Part shown: one piece after another, positions 11,872-20,745 of the stretch | Numbering within the stretch: the stretch's first letter is position 1 | Layout of the letters: each line of letters begins with the position of its first letter | IMG/VR virus record: IMGVR_UViG_2721755644_000004 | DNA length: 47,543 nt | Strand: one strand, 5' to 3' | Source of the DNA: a virus | Taxonomy: Duplodnaviria > Heunggongvirae > Uroviricota > Caudoviricetes | Program-made: the position numbers and the translations under genes | The notes under the pieces: model-generated | Told to the model about the DNA's origin: nothing | Databases searched by the model: none | The model's input: only the letters and a program-made list of their open reading frames with translations

Positions 11872-14429
11872 CCACCGCTCCCTGATAACATACCGCCATC
11901 ACGCAACTGCAGCCGGAGTTCATCCTGTGCCCCCTTGCGGGCCATCTCATACACCGCTTTCATCAGCTGCGGCCCTGCCCGCCCGTTGGGGCCGTCGTTC
12001 TGAATCACCACGTGATTGTTCTGATTAAAATTAATGCCTTCCGCCCGCCGCATCTGCGCCGGACTTCCGGCACCGCCGACATAACCACCTTCCGCATAGC
12101 CCCGCATCAGGCGGTACAGGTTCCCGACACCAATCCGGCTGGTTGCCTCCTTCGTGAAGACAAACTCCCCGCGGTGGACAATCCCCGCTGGCTCATATTT
12201 GCCGCCGGTTCCCGTAAATCCTCCGGTCGCAAAATGGAATTTCGCCGCAGCTGCCTGAATGGCTGTACCGCCTGACGCGGATGCGCCGCCACCAACAGCC
12301 CCGCCAATAGCGCTGCCGATACTCCCGACAATCCCCACCATTGCCTGCTTAAGCAGAATTTCTGTCATCATGGACAGCACGGAGCGGGTGAAGCTGCGCC
12401 AGTTCTGCTCACTGCCGGTCAGCATCGCCGCCATATTCTGTGCAATACCATCAAAGGTCTGCGTGGCAGCACTTTTTACCTGCGACATACTGTCCGTGGC
12501 ACTCTCTTCCCACTCACTCCAGCCGGACCTGAGGCCTGCCATCCAGTTCCCGCGAAGCAGGTCTTCAGCCGCCCAGGTCTTTTTCTGCTCTGACATGACG
12601 TTATTCAGCGCCAGCGGATTATCGCCATACTGTTCCTTCAGGCGCTGTTCCGTGGCTTCCCGTTCTGCCTGCCGGTCAGTCAGCCCCCGGCTTTTCGCAT
12701 CAATGGCGGCCCGTTTTGCCCGTTGCTGCTGTGCGAATTTATCCGCCTGCTGCGCCAGCGCGTTCAGGCGCTCCTGATACGTAACCTTGTCGCCAAGTGC
12801 AGCCAGCTGGCGTTTGTACTCCAGCGTCTCATCTTTATGCGCCAGCAGGGATTTCTCCTGTGCAGACAGCTGGCGACGTTGCGCCGCCTCCTCCAGTACC
12901 GCGAACTGACTCTCCGCCTTCCACAAATCCCGGCGCTGCTGGCTGATTTTCTCATTTGCTCCGGCATGCTTCTCCAGCGTCCGGAGTTCTGCCTGAAGCG
13001 TCAGCAGGGCAGCATGAGCACTGTCTTCCTGACGATCGCCCGCAGACACCTTCACGCCGGACTGTTTCGGCTTTTTCAGCGTCGCTTCATAATCCTTTTT
13101 CGCCGCCGCCATCAGCGTGTTGTAATCCGCCTGCAGGATTTTCCCGTCTTTCAGTGCCTTGTTCAGTTCTTCCTGACGGGCGGTATATTTCTCCAGCGGC
13201 GTCTGCAGCCGTTCGTAAGCCTTCTGCGCCTCTTCGGTATATTTCAGCCGTGACGCTTCGGTATCGCTCTGCTGCTGCGCATTTTTGTCCTGTTGAGTCT
13301 GCTGCTCAGCCTTCTTTCGGGCGGCTTCAAGCGCAAGACGGGCCTTTTCACGATCATCCCAGTAACGCGCCCGCGCTTCATCGTTAACAAAATAATCATC
13401 CTTGCGCAGATTCCAGATGTCGTCTGCTTTCTTAAACGCAGCCTCTGCCTTAATCAGCATCTCCTGCGCGGTATCAGGACGACCAATATCCAGCACCGCA
13501 TCCCACATGGATTTGAATGCCCGCGCTGTCCTGTCTGCCCAGGTCTCCAGCGTGCCCATGTTCTCTTTCAGGCGGCGGGTCTGGTCATCAAACCCTTTCG
13601 TTGCGGCCTCGTTCGCCGCCTGCAATGCCCCGGTTTCATCGCCGGAACGCTGCAACTGAGCAACATACGCAATCTGCTCCGCCGTCACGTTATGGAACTG
13701 CTTCGCCATCGCAATCAGCCCCGACGTCGGGTCAGTGGTCAGTTTTCCGAAAGCCTCTGCAACCTTGTCCACCTCCACACCGGATGCAGAAGCAAAACGC
13801 GCGACACTCTGGTTGATGGCATCAAACTGTTCACCACCACGCACACCGGCATTCACCATGGCTGCCAGTGACTCACTCGCCTGGTTAAACGTCAGCCCTG
13901 CGGCCTGTCCGGCTCTGGAGAGCGTCAGCATGCGATCGGCAGTCAGTCCGGACTGATTACCGGAAAGAACCAGGGTTTTATTAAACGCTGAAAGCGTGGA
14001 ATCTCCCTGGTACCAGGCGTACACCAGCGCACCTGTCGCCACCGCCAGCGAGGTGACCCCGACCATCGGCAGGGTGATCGCACCGGCAAGCCCCCTGAAC
14101 ATGGGGATCATCCCGCCGAAGGAGTCCTTCACCTGACCGCCCTGTTGCAGCAGGATCAGCCAGGGATTCTGACCACCGGCAAGCTGCGTGGCGATATCCG
14201 TAAACTGTGCGGGCAGGGTTCGCATGGCCGCTTTATACTGCCCGACGGAAATCCCTGCTTTTTGTGCAGCCAGCGCCTGGTGGCTCAGCCCCTGCTCAAC
14301 GACAGTTGCGGTTTTTCTGGCGTCAGTATCCAGACCTGAAAAATGACGCCTTACCCGGCTCATCTGCTCATCGAAACGGACCGCATCCAGACTCAGGTCA
14401 ATAACAAGATCACCAACCGGCTGGGACAT
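11868..14429 (-). CDS. H: Tail tape measure protein H
   Basis: 853 aa; MSQPVGDLVIDLSLDAVRFDEQMSRVRRHFSG... and long coiled-coil region match lambda H. Confidence 0.95.
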   Translation of the reverse strand: MSQPVGDLVIDLSLDAVRFDEQMSRVRRHFSGLDTDARKTATVVEQGLSHQALAAQKAGISVGQYKAAMRTLPAQFTDIATQLAGGQNPWLILLQQGGQVKDSFGGMIPMFRGLAGAITLPMVGVTSLAVATGALVYAWYQGDSTLSAFNKTLVLSGNQSGLTADRMLTLSRAGQAAGLTFNQASESLAAMVNAGVRGGEQFDAINQSVARFASASGVEVDKVAEAFGKLTTDPTSGLIAMAKQFHNVTAEQIAYVAQLQRSGDETGALQAANEAATKGFDDQTRRLKENMGTLETWADRTARAFKSMWDAVLDIGRPDTAQEMLIKAEAAFKKADDIWNLRKDDYFVNDEARARYWDDREKARLALEAARKKAEQQTQQDKNAQQQSDTEASRLKYTEEAQKAYERLQTPLEKYTARQEELNKALKDGKILQADYNTLMAAAKKDYEATLKKPKQSGVKVSAGDRQEDSAHAALLTLQAELRTLEKHAGANEKISQQRRDLWKAESQFAVLEEAAQRRQLSAQEKSLLAHKDETLEYKRQLAALGDKVTYQERLNALAQQADKFAQQQRAKRAAIDAKSRGLTDRQAEREATEQRLKEQYGDNPLALNNVMSEQKKTWAAEDLLRGNWMAGLRSGWSEWEESATDSMSQVKSAATQTFDGIAQNMAAMLTGSEQNWRSFTRSVLSMMTEILLKQAMVGIVGSIGSAIGGAVGGGASASGGTAIQAAAAKFHFATGGFTGTGGKYEPAGIVHRGEFVFTKEATSRIGVGNLYRLMRGYAEGGYVGGAGSPAQMRRAEGINFNQNNHVVIQNDGPNGRAGPQLMKAVYEMARKGAQDELRLQLRDGGMLSGSGG

Positions 14430-15281
14430 ATCTCACACCTCCCGGAATCCCCGCTGAAGCCATCATTAATGCGGCATCATCCACCATGACATCCGCCACA
14501 TCCGCAGACGATAAAATATCGCCCCCTCCGTCCCCACCGAACCGGACGCCTCCGGCAAGTCCTGCCGCTTTCTGCATCAGCATTTTGTCCTCATCCGGCC
14601 TCTCCACCTGCTCTTCCTCATGCCGGGGGACAAGCAGACTGAAATCAGAGGGATGCATATCCGGATCGCAAAAAAACAGGCTGAGTACAGCGTACGTCAG
14701 CCCGGAAAAATGCATATCCAGCTGGGTATCCTGAAAATAATGCGTGCGGTAAAAACGGTGCCAGTCGGCATATTCGGTGGATGTCATCCCGGCAAGCATG
14801 GCGCGCCAGTCGGGTCTCCCCATCTCACGCGCCAGTCTGAGGGCAAAGTTCAGCTCACCGTCGAAGACTTTCCCGCAGAAAAATCATCATCAGTCAGCGT
14901 GTTATTTTTCGCCACTTCAGTAATATCAGTATCCGGACGAACAGCTTCGATCATCCCGGACAGACGCAACACCACGTCTTCCGCCCGGGCAATGGCATCA
15001 GCAGGCCAGGTGGTGAGCACTTCCTGCTCTATCTTCATCACGGCCTCATTCATTGACGGTGACTGCGTTTTCTGTGGATGGTTATGCCACAGGGACATCG
15101 CCACCAGAAACGCGCCGGTTCTGACAAGATCTTCCACACTCACCTGCAGGTTGCCGCTGGCTTCAGCCTCTTCTGCCCGCCGTTTCAGGAGGGCAAGATG
15201 CTCAATACGCTGCAGCGCAGACAGCTCAGAAAGCGTGACGGATACACCGTTATATTCAAATTGTTCTGTTTTCAGGAACAT
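14410..15281 (-). CDS. T: Tail assembly chaperone G-T fusion made by -1 programmed ribosomal frameshift
   Basis: Slippery heptamer GGGAAAG near end of G (plus coords 14868-14874); -1 frame continues ...GKVFDGELNFALRLAREMGRPDWRAMLAGM... to stop at 14410. Confidence 0.85.
14850..15281 (-). CDS. G: Tail assembly chaperone G
   Basis: MFLKTEQFEYNGVSVTLSELSALQRIEHLALLKR... lambda G-like; ends ...AGKSSTVS. Confidence 0.92.
   Translation of the reverse strand: MFLKTEQFEYNGVSVTLSELSALQRIEHLALLKRRAEEAEASGNLQVSVEDLVRTGAFLVAMSLWHNHPQKTQSPSMNEAVMKIEQEVLTTWPADAIARAEDVVLRLSGMIEAVRPDTDITEVAKNNTLTDDDFSAGKSSTVS
14868..14874 (-). other. G GGA AAG slippery site for the G/G-T -1 frameshift
   Basis: Exact lambda-type heptamer, read from sequence. 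Confidence 0.85.
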
Positions 15282-15299
15282 CGCTTATCTCTCAGCTCT

Positions 15300-16049
15300 T
15301 TAGCTACCCGGCACATTATTAACGGTAATTTCAGCCACCGCAGCAAACTGACCATTACCGGAAATCACAGGGATGCTGACTTTTCCATCCTTAACCCCCG
15401 TCACAGTAATCGTCATATCTTTCACGCTAATGGTGGCTTTTGATGGATCGGCGGAAATCGCCCTGAATGTCTTATCCGTTGCATTTTCCGGTTCCACAGT
15501 AACGGTCAGGGTGGTTGTTTTCCCTTTTGCCACCGTACCGGATGTCGGCGTCACCTTAATCGCACTGACCGGCGTAATTTTGCTGCGTTCTTCCGCTACA
15601 GAAGGTTTACCCACGTTAGTGACTTTCACCGTGCGGGTGATCACTTCTTTCGCCGTCACGGCCTTACCGATACTGCTGACCCAGCCACGAAACACATCCA
15701 CCGTGCCATTCGGAAAACGGATTTTATAGGCCCGGACATCGCCGCTTTCAAACCAGCCTATAAGCCCTTTCTGACCTTCCTCTCCCGGTTTCCAGGCCAG
15801 CGTAAAACTGGTATCACCTGCAGATTTCTGCCCCTGCCCGGTCGCGGTCCAGTCTGCGTCTTCATCATCCAGGTAGTTATCATCGTAGGATTCTGCCGTC
15901 ATCTCGCCCGGCGTCAGATCCTTCACCTTAGCCAGTCGCTGCCAGTCAGCGTCTGACAACGGGTTTGCATAAGCATCACCCTTGCCGTTGTAAACCCACA
16001 GAGTGGTACCGGCACCTTTTACCGGCTCCAGGGGATTTGGTGTTGCCAT
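15300..16049 (-). CDS. V: Major tail tube protein V with C-terminal Ig-like domain
   Basis: 249 aa, lambda V-like; Thr/Val-rich Ig-like C-terminus. Confidence 0.92.
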   Translation of the reverse strand: MATPNPLEPVKGAGTTLWVYNGKGDAYANPLSDADWQRLAKVKDLTPGEMTAESYDDNYLDDEDADWTATGQGQKSAGDTSFTLAWKPGEEGQKGLIGWFESGDVRAYKIRFPNGTVDVFRGWVSSIGKAVTAKEVITRTVKVTNVGKPSVAEERSKITPVSAIKVTPTSGTVAKGKTTTLTVTVEPENATDKTFRAISADPSKATISVKDMTITVTGVKDGKVSIPVISGNGQFAAVAEITVNNVPGS

Positions 16050-16056
16050 ATCGTCC

Positions 16057-16452
16057 TCACATCTCGTATGTAATGGAATAAGTCAGATCCGCAGAGCTCC
16101 ATAACGCCATATCGTCATCACGACGATACTCATAGCCCTGCGTAACCATCGTGGTAATCAGTCCAGCCAGTGCCGGGATCGCAGTCATCGCCGGATAAAT
16201 CCGGCTTTCCATCCACTGATCAAGCTCTGAATCCGGTACCTGTGCCGGTAAAAACACCTCAATATGCAGTGTGGCCCGCCAGGTATCTGCATCCAGCTCT
16301 TCACCGGTATACTCTGCATCCGTCAGATAAACCGCGATCGCAGGAAAATCCTCTTCGTCAAAAACAACGGGGCGACCATCAAACAGCGTCGCCCCGTGTT
16401 CATGCTGCTCGAGTGCATCCAGCACTGCAGCACGGATATCAGTGTGTTTCAT
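16057..16452 (-). CDS. U: Tail terminator protein U
   Basis: 131 aa, lambda U-like, position. Confidence 0.9.
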   Translation of the reverse strand: MKHTDIRAAVLDALEQHEHGATLFDGRPVVFDEEDFPAIAVYLTDAEYTGEELDADTWRATLHIEVFLPAQVPDSELDQWMESRIYPAMTAIPALAGLITTMVTQGYEYRRDDDMALWSSADLTYSITYEM

Positions 16453-16982
16453 CGTTTTATCGCAATCCTCAGTTGTTGTTTCAGCGCGGATGCCAGTTCT
16501 CCGGGCAGGCGTTCACGCCGGATACGGTCAACATTCTCATCAAACGCCTGTTTCAGTGGGGCCGCCATCGGGATTTTCACCACATCAATAGGGTAACGGT
16601 TTTTCCCGGCCACACGCTGCATGACATGCCAGCGACCGTTTTTTAATCGCTGAATGAATGCCCGCTGATACCGATGCTGACCGGCTTTAAGTATGCTGTT
16701 CGGACGACGGCCCAGCATCCTGATCCCCAGCTTAATCACTGGAAGATCACCGCGGTTAACGATAATTTTTGCGTTCGGATTTCTGACCGTCGCCCGTTTC
16801 AGTCTGGACCGTTCCTTAACCAGTTTCCGGCGTACCTTTGTCTCCCGGGCAACCTGTGATGAAGACTGATTAATCGCCGTTGTGGCCACGCGGTTAATCG
16901 TCATTGCTGAAGCCGCCGGAATGGCGTTTTTACGAACCCGGCTCAGATTATCAATCGCCTGATCAAGCCCTTTTATCGCCAT
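16449..16982 (-). CDS. Z: Tail completion protein Z
   Basis: MAIKGLDQAIDNLSR...; ...NGRWHVMQRVAGKNRYPIDVVKIPMA... lambda Z-like. Confidence 0.9.
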   Translation of the reverse strand: MAIKGLDQAIDNLSRVRKNAIPAASAMTINRVATTAINQSSSQVARETKVRRKLVKERSRLKRATVRNPNAKIIVNRGDLPVIKLGIRMLGRRPNSILKAGQHRYQRAFIQRLKNGRWHVMQRVAGKNRYPIDVVKIPMAAPLKQAFDENVDRIRRERLPGELASALKQQLRIAIKR

Positions 16983-16997
16983 AATTTCCCCCTGCGT

Positions 16998-17351
16998 TTA
17001 TCGTCGCCGGTTAACAGCGGGTGGTTGCCCACGGTTGAGCCAGAGATAACAGCTTCCCCCGTCATCCGGAGAAACACGATCCACCCAGAACATCTCGCCG
17101 TTAATGGTCAGCGTGTCACCACGCCGCACGGCACGCACCGTATCCGTCCGCACAAATAATGACGGGCTGCTTCCTTCAATACGGACCCCGCCACCGGCAA
17201 AACCCAGCGACTCCGGATCGTCAAAAACCCCCTGAACTTCGCCGCCACGTTGTGCTCCGGAGGTGAACTGCGCACGGATCCCCATCACTTCAACAATCGT
17301 ACTGTCCACCCCGGCAAGGGCGGCATCAAAGGCATTCTGAAAATCACGCAT
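16998..17351 (-). CDS. FII: Head-tail connector protein FII (start at internal ATG 17351 preferred over 17387)
   Basis: MRDFQNAFDAA... aligns with the lambda FII N-terminus; C-terminus ..WVDRVSPDDGGSCYLWL.RG.PPAVNRRR. Confidence 0.85.
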   Translation of the reverse strand: MRDFQNAFDAALAGVDSTIVEVMGIRAQFTSGAQRGGEVQGVFDDPESLGFAGGGVRIEGSSPSLFVRTDTVRAVRRGDTLTINGEMFWVDRVSPDDGGSCYLWLNRGQPPAVNRRR

Positions 17352-17718
17352 AAACAGCCATTCCACCATCAACGTGTGTTTTTGCATCTGAGGACATAAT
17401 CAGAATCACCCGACCAACATCCGCAAGCTCAACGGATTCCCCCGTTTCACCATCAACGCCACAGAGATGGAGGCAGGTCAGAACTCTGATGCGCGTTAAC
17501 GCGCCGGATGTTTCCTCACGAACATCATGAGCCGCGGTTTCCCGCTCCCGGATATCCATATTCATAACCTGTACATCATCGCCGGATGACTGCATTTCCT
17601 CTTCCCATTCTGCCACCCGCTGCGCTATCTCTGCGGCACTCCCGGATATATCCGGCTCACGCCCCAGAATCAGGGCCAGTTCATCAAGCCGTTTCAGATT
17701 TTGCTCTTTCGTTGCCAT
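17344..17718 (-). CDS. FI: DNA packaging/head assembly protein FI (start MATKEQNLKRL... with AGGGGG SD)
   Basis: Position between E and FII; acidic protein; strong SD 5 nt upstream of ATG at 17718. Confidence 0.75.
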   Translation of the reverse strand: MATKEQNLKRLDELALILGREPDISGSAAEIAQRVAEWEEEMQSSGDDVQVMNMDIRERETAAHDVREETSGALTRIRVLTCLHLCGVDGETGESVELADVGRVILIMSSDAKTHVDGGMAVYA

Positions 17719-17769
17719 ATCAGCCCCCTGTGAAAAAAGACACGGGGGCATTTCGCCCCCGCTCACGGA
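17719..17769 (-). promoter_or_regulatory. E-FI intergenic alternative hairpins (terminator-like stem plus U-tract, or SD-sequestering stem)
   Basis: Minus-strand RNA: GGGGGC-gaaat-GCCCCC-gugucuuuuuucaca-GGGGGC-ugau-AUG; the middle C-run can pair with either G-run. Confidence 0.45.
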
Positions 17770-18798
17770 TTATTTCACCTGTACCACCACAAACTCATCC
17801 GGGTCCGGCAACACCATCAGCGGCGCGGACTGCGTCATGGTAAATTCACGGGCGGGATCCCCTACCGTCAGCCAGTGTTTCGGATAACGGGAAGAGGCCA
17901 CCACACCTTCGGACAACGCCTGAGCATCCTGAATGGCACCGTAACAACGGATCCCATCTGCAGCAGTATTCCCCAGAACCAGCATGCCATCTGGAAGATA
18001 ACGTTTTTCGATACCGTCTTCTGCTATATAAGACGTTTTCGCCACCACAATGGCCAGATCGCCGTAATACCCCTTGAAGGACACCACTGCGCCCAGATCT
18101 TTCACTGCCGTTTCGAGTTGAGAATTTGAACCGCGACGGGTATCCAGTTTTTCGCGGAACAGCTTAAAACCATTCAGAAGACGCCAGCCGGTACCGTCCA
18201 TAATGGCAATATTCACAAGACCGCTGGCCTGGTCGCAGTAGAGGTCAATATCATGTGTAGGATCGAACGTGTCACGATCCTGTTTTGACCACTCCTTACC
18301 GCTACCTTGTATGATGTTATTCTTCGTCGACCTGCCAAAATCGACCTCAATTTTCTCGAACTGGTCTCCTTCCATGGTGTATTTGCCATACAACACAGCA
18401 TTTACCGCCTGCATTTCTTCCACCTGGACAATGGCGTGCTCTTCCTGTTTGAGGTTATCGGTAATGATACGCAGACGGCGGTAAGCCGGATCATTCAGTT
18501 GAGATGGATCTTCACCAGGAAGGCGCTCAACCGCCTGCTGGTAATTAAATTCGTGTTTCGGCTTGACGTAGCCCGGACGCAACACGCGGGTTTCACCACC
18601 ACGATGGCGCAGCACTTTTCCTTCAACGATCGGGGAGACATAGGCCGCCACCGGCGTTTTTCCGGTAATTTTGTCCAGCATCACCTCTTCGGTGTGGAAA
18701 TTCACCGTACGGCGGAAAAACAGCTCCAGAAATAGCGCACGGAATTTAACTTTTTGTTCGGTATAACCGAGTAACTGGCGGGTCGTAAACAATCCCAT
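17770..18798 (-). CDS. E: Major capsid protein E
   Basis: 342 aa; ..YVSPIV.G.V.R.RGG.T....PGYVKPKHE.N......RLP.EDP..L.DPAYRR.RII..N...EE.AI.QVEEMQAV.AVL.GKYTM... lambda E-like. Confidence 0.95.
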   Translation of the reverse strand: MGLFTTRQLLGYTEQKVKFRALFLELFFRRTVNFHTEEVMLDKITGKTPVAAYVSPIVEGKVLRHRGGETRVLRPGYVKPKHEFNYQQAVERLPGEDPSQLNDPAYRRLRIITDNLKQEEHAIVQVEEMQAVNAVLYGKYTMEGDQFEKIEVDFGRSTKNNIIQGSGKEWSKQDRDTFDPTHDIDLYCDQASGLVNIAIMDGTGWRLLNGFKLFREKLDTRRGSNSQLETAVKDLGAVVSFKGYYGDLAIVVAKTSYIAEDGIEKRYLPDGMLVLGNTAADGIRCYGAIQDAQALSEGVVASSRYPKHWLTVGDPAREFTMTQSAPLMVLPDPDEFVVVQVK

Positions 18799-18855
18799 AA
18801 ATCAGTTCCTTTCATTCAGAAATCAGTCAGGCCACCATGGTGGCCTGATAACGTG

Positions 18856-19203
18856 TTACGGCAGAGCCGCGTGACTCAGGGCTGTGCCGGCAAAGGCATT
18901 TGCCTTTTTGTGTTCATCCACACTTTCAGGCCAGTGGATTGCCTCCGTCGCAAAGGTTCCCGACTTGTAATAGGTCAGCACCTCCTCTGTGCCTTCAAGC
19001 GGCAGTACCAGTATGCCAACCGCACTACCGGCTTTCTGTCCGTCCCAGACCACCAGTTTCCCGGTGGCTTCATCCAGCATCAGGGGCGTCAGAGCCGGTG
19101 TTGCAGAAGAAATCCCGCTGCTGCCTGTGGCGGTATGAGCCGGATCATTACCGGCAAAAATACGTACTTCCGCACGCTGTTCAGTGATGGTTTTCGTCAC
19201 CAT
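18856..19203 (-). CDS. D: Head decoration protein D
   Basis: 115 aa; ..NDPAHTAT......A.TPLMLD....KLV.WDG...G.AVGIL..........LT.YKSGTF... lambda D-like. Confidence 0.92.
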   Translation of the reverse strand: MVTKTITEQRAEVRIFAGNDPAHTATGSSGISSATPALTPLMLDEATGKLVVWDGQKAGSAVGILVLPLEGTEEVLTYYKSGTFATEAIHWPESVDEHKKANAFAGTALSHAALP

Positions 19204-19239
19204 TTTGTTAAAACCTCATATTGATGGTCAGCACTGACT

Positions 19240-19842
19240 TCATGGCATGGCCATGAGCATTTTCACGTCCGCATCACCGTCTGCTGACGTCTGTGACACG
19301 CCACCCCGCACCGCTGCCGGTGAATGATTCGCCATGAAATGTTCAAACAGGGCGGTTGTGGATGCAGAGACCGGTTCGGCCTTACCTGATCCCGCAGCCA
19401 GCACAGCCCGGGCGTTCTCCACGGTCATTCCCGGGCAGGCCGCCAGTTTTTCAGCCTGCGCTTCTGCCCCTTTTGCCTCATCCAGGGCCATGATCTGATC
19501 ACGAAGTGAGGGCCCGGCATCCGCCAGTGGTGCAGCCGCCAGGATCGGGCGGGCTTTTTCCACCGTCATCTCCGGCATCGCCGCCAGCGTTGCCGCCAGT
19601 TGTTCACGACCGTTCGCTTCTTCACACGCCATAATGCGATCGGCTTCACTCTGCGCGGATGCCACCGGCTGCTGCGGTGCCGCCGCGGCCAGAATCGCCC
19701 GGGCCTGTTCAACGCTCATGCCCTGTTGCCCTGCCAGCATCGTGGCAAGCTGTTCACGTCCTTTCGCTTCCTGGCATGTCAGGATCCCCATCACTCGCTG
19801 GTTCTCCTGCACGGCGGCTTCCGTTGCAGTTAATTGCGGCAT
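19240..19842 (-). CDS. Nu3: Nu3-like scaffold protein from in-frame internal start within C
   Basis: Internal ATG (MPQLTATEAAV...) preceded by strong SD GAGGAGG; lambda makes Nu3 the same way. Confidence 0.6.
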   Translation of the reverse strand: MPQLTATEAAVQENQRVMGILTCQEAKGREQLATMLAGQQGMSVEQARAILAAAAPQQPVASAQSEADRIMACEEANGREQLAATLAAMPEMTVEKARPILAAAPLADAGPSLRDQIMALDEAKGAEAQAEKLAACPGMTVENARAVLAAGSGKAEPVSASTTALFEHFMANHSPAAVRGGVSQTSADGDADVKMLMAMP

Positions 19843-20745
19843 AGTGCCTCCTCTGACATTACTGTTCAGCGCCGTGGCCATCACACTGATGGCATCCGAC
19901 GCATTGATTAATTCATCCGCCAGCCCGGCCTCAATGCCGGACTGACCTTCAAAAACGGCGGCCTCTGTTCCCGTGACCGCATCCACAGACAACCCGGTAT
20001 ACATCGCCACTTTTTCGGCAAACATCCGGTGCGCCGCATCAATCCGCTGCTGCATATCCTGGCGAACCTCTGCCGGCAACGCTTCAAACTGATTGCCATC
20101 CACCTTGTGCGCCCCGGCATAAATCAGCGTGATATCCACACCGGCCTGCGCCAGATGACCGGCATAGCTGACATGGCTCATCATCACGCCAATGGAGCCG
20201 ATACGGGATGTCTGGGTAACCAGCCGTCGGGAGCAGGCCGACGCCAGCAGCATGGCTGCAGAACAGGCAGTGTCATTGCACAGTGCCCAGACCGGCTTCT
20301 GCTGACGGAGGCGGTAAATCATGTCAGCGCAGTCAAACGCGCCGGCGGCCTGCCCGCCCGGACTGTCAATGTCCAGCAGTACGCCCCGCACCTGGCTATC
20401 CGCCATTGCCTGCTGAAGACAGGCGACAATGCCGTCATAGCCTGTCATTCCGGAAAATGGCCGCATACCGCCCAGCCGGTGCACCAGCGTGCCGGTCACC
20501 GGCAGTACAGCAATACCGTTCACCACCCGGTAAACACGGGCCGGTCGTTTACCTCCGGCCATGTACTCGTCCGTTTCAGCCAGCATTCCGGGAGCATCAA
20601 GCTGTACCTGTTGTTGTGGTACCGAAAGACTTGCTGCCCCTATCTCGCGCCCGAGCGCGCAAAAGAAAACCCGCGCATAGGCGGGCTCCAGAAGCAGCGG
20701 TTCATTGAATGCTGCGGCAATAATGTGTGAAAGATTACGTCTCAC
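19240..20745 (-). CDS. C: Capsid assembly protease C (S49/ClpP-like peptidase) with C-terminal scaffold repeats
   Basis: 501 aa; S49 protease core; three ~40-aa tandem repeats (..EAKGREQLA..LA...GM.VE.ARAILAAA..). Confidence 0.9.
   Translation of the reverse strand: MRRNLSHIIAAAFNEPLLLEPAYARVFFCALGREIGAASLSVPQQQVQLDAPGMLAETDEYMAGGKRPARVYRVVNGIAVLPVTGTLVHRLGGMRPFSGMTGYDGIVACLQQAMADSQVRGVLLDIDSPGGQAAGAFDCADMIYRLRQQKPVWALCNDTACSAAMLLASACSRRLVTQTSRIGSIGVMMSHVSYAGHLAQAGVDITLIYAGAHKVDGNQFEALPAEVRQDMQQRIDAAHRMFAEKVAMYTGLSVDAVTGTEAAVFEGQSGIEAGLADELINASDAISVMATALNSNVRGGTMPQLTATEAAVQENQRVMGILTCQEAKGREQLATMLAGQQGMSVEQARAILAAAAPQQPVASAQSEADRIMACEEANGREQLAATLAAMPEMTVEKARPILAAAPLADAGPSLRDQIMALDEAKGAEAQAEKLAACPGMTVENARAVLAAGSGKAEPVSASTTALFEHFMANHSPAAVRGGVSQTSADGDADVKMLMAMP

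Noticed and set aside
20029-20730. 233-aa plus-strand ORF inside C
   Set aside because: Antisense to the protease/scaffold gene; no start context
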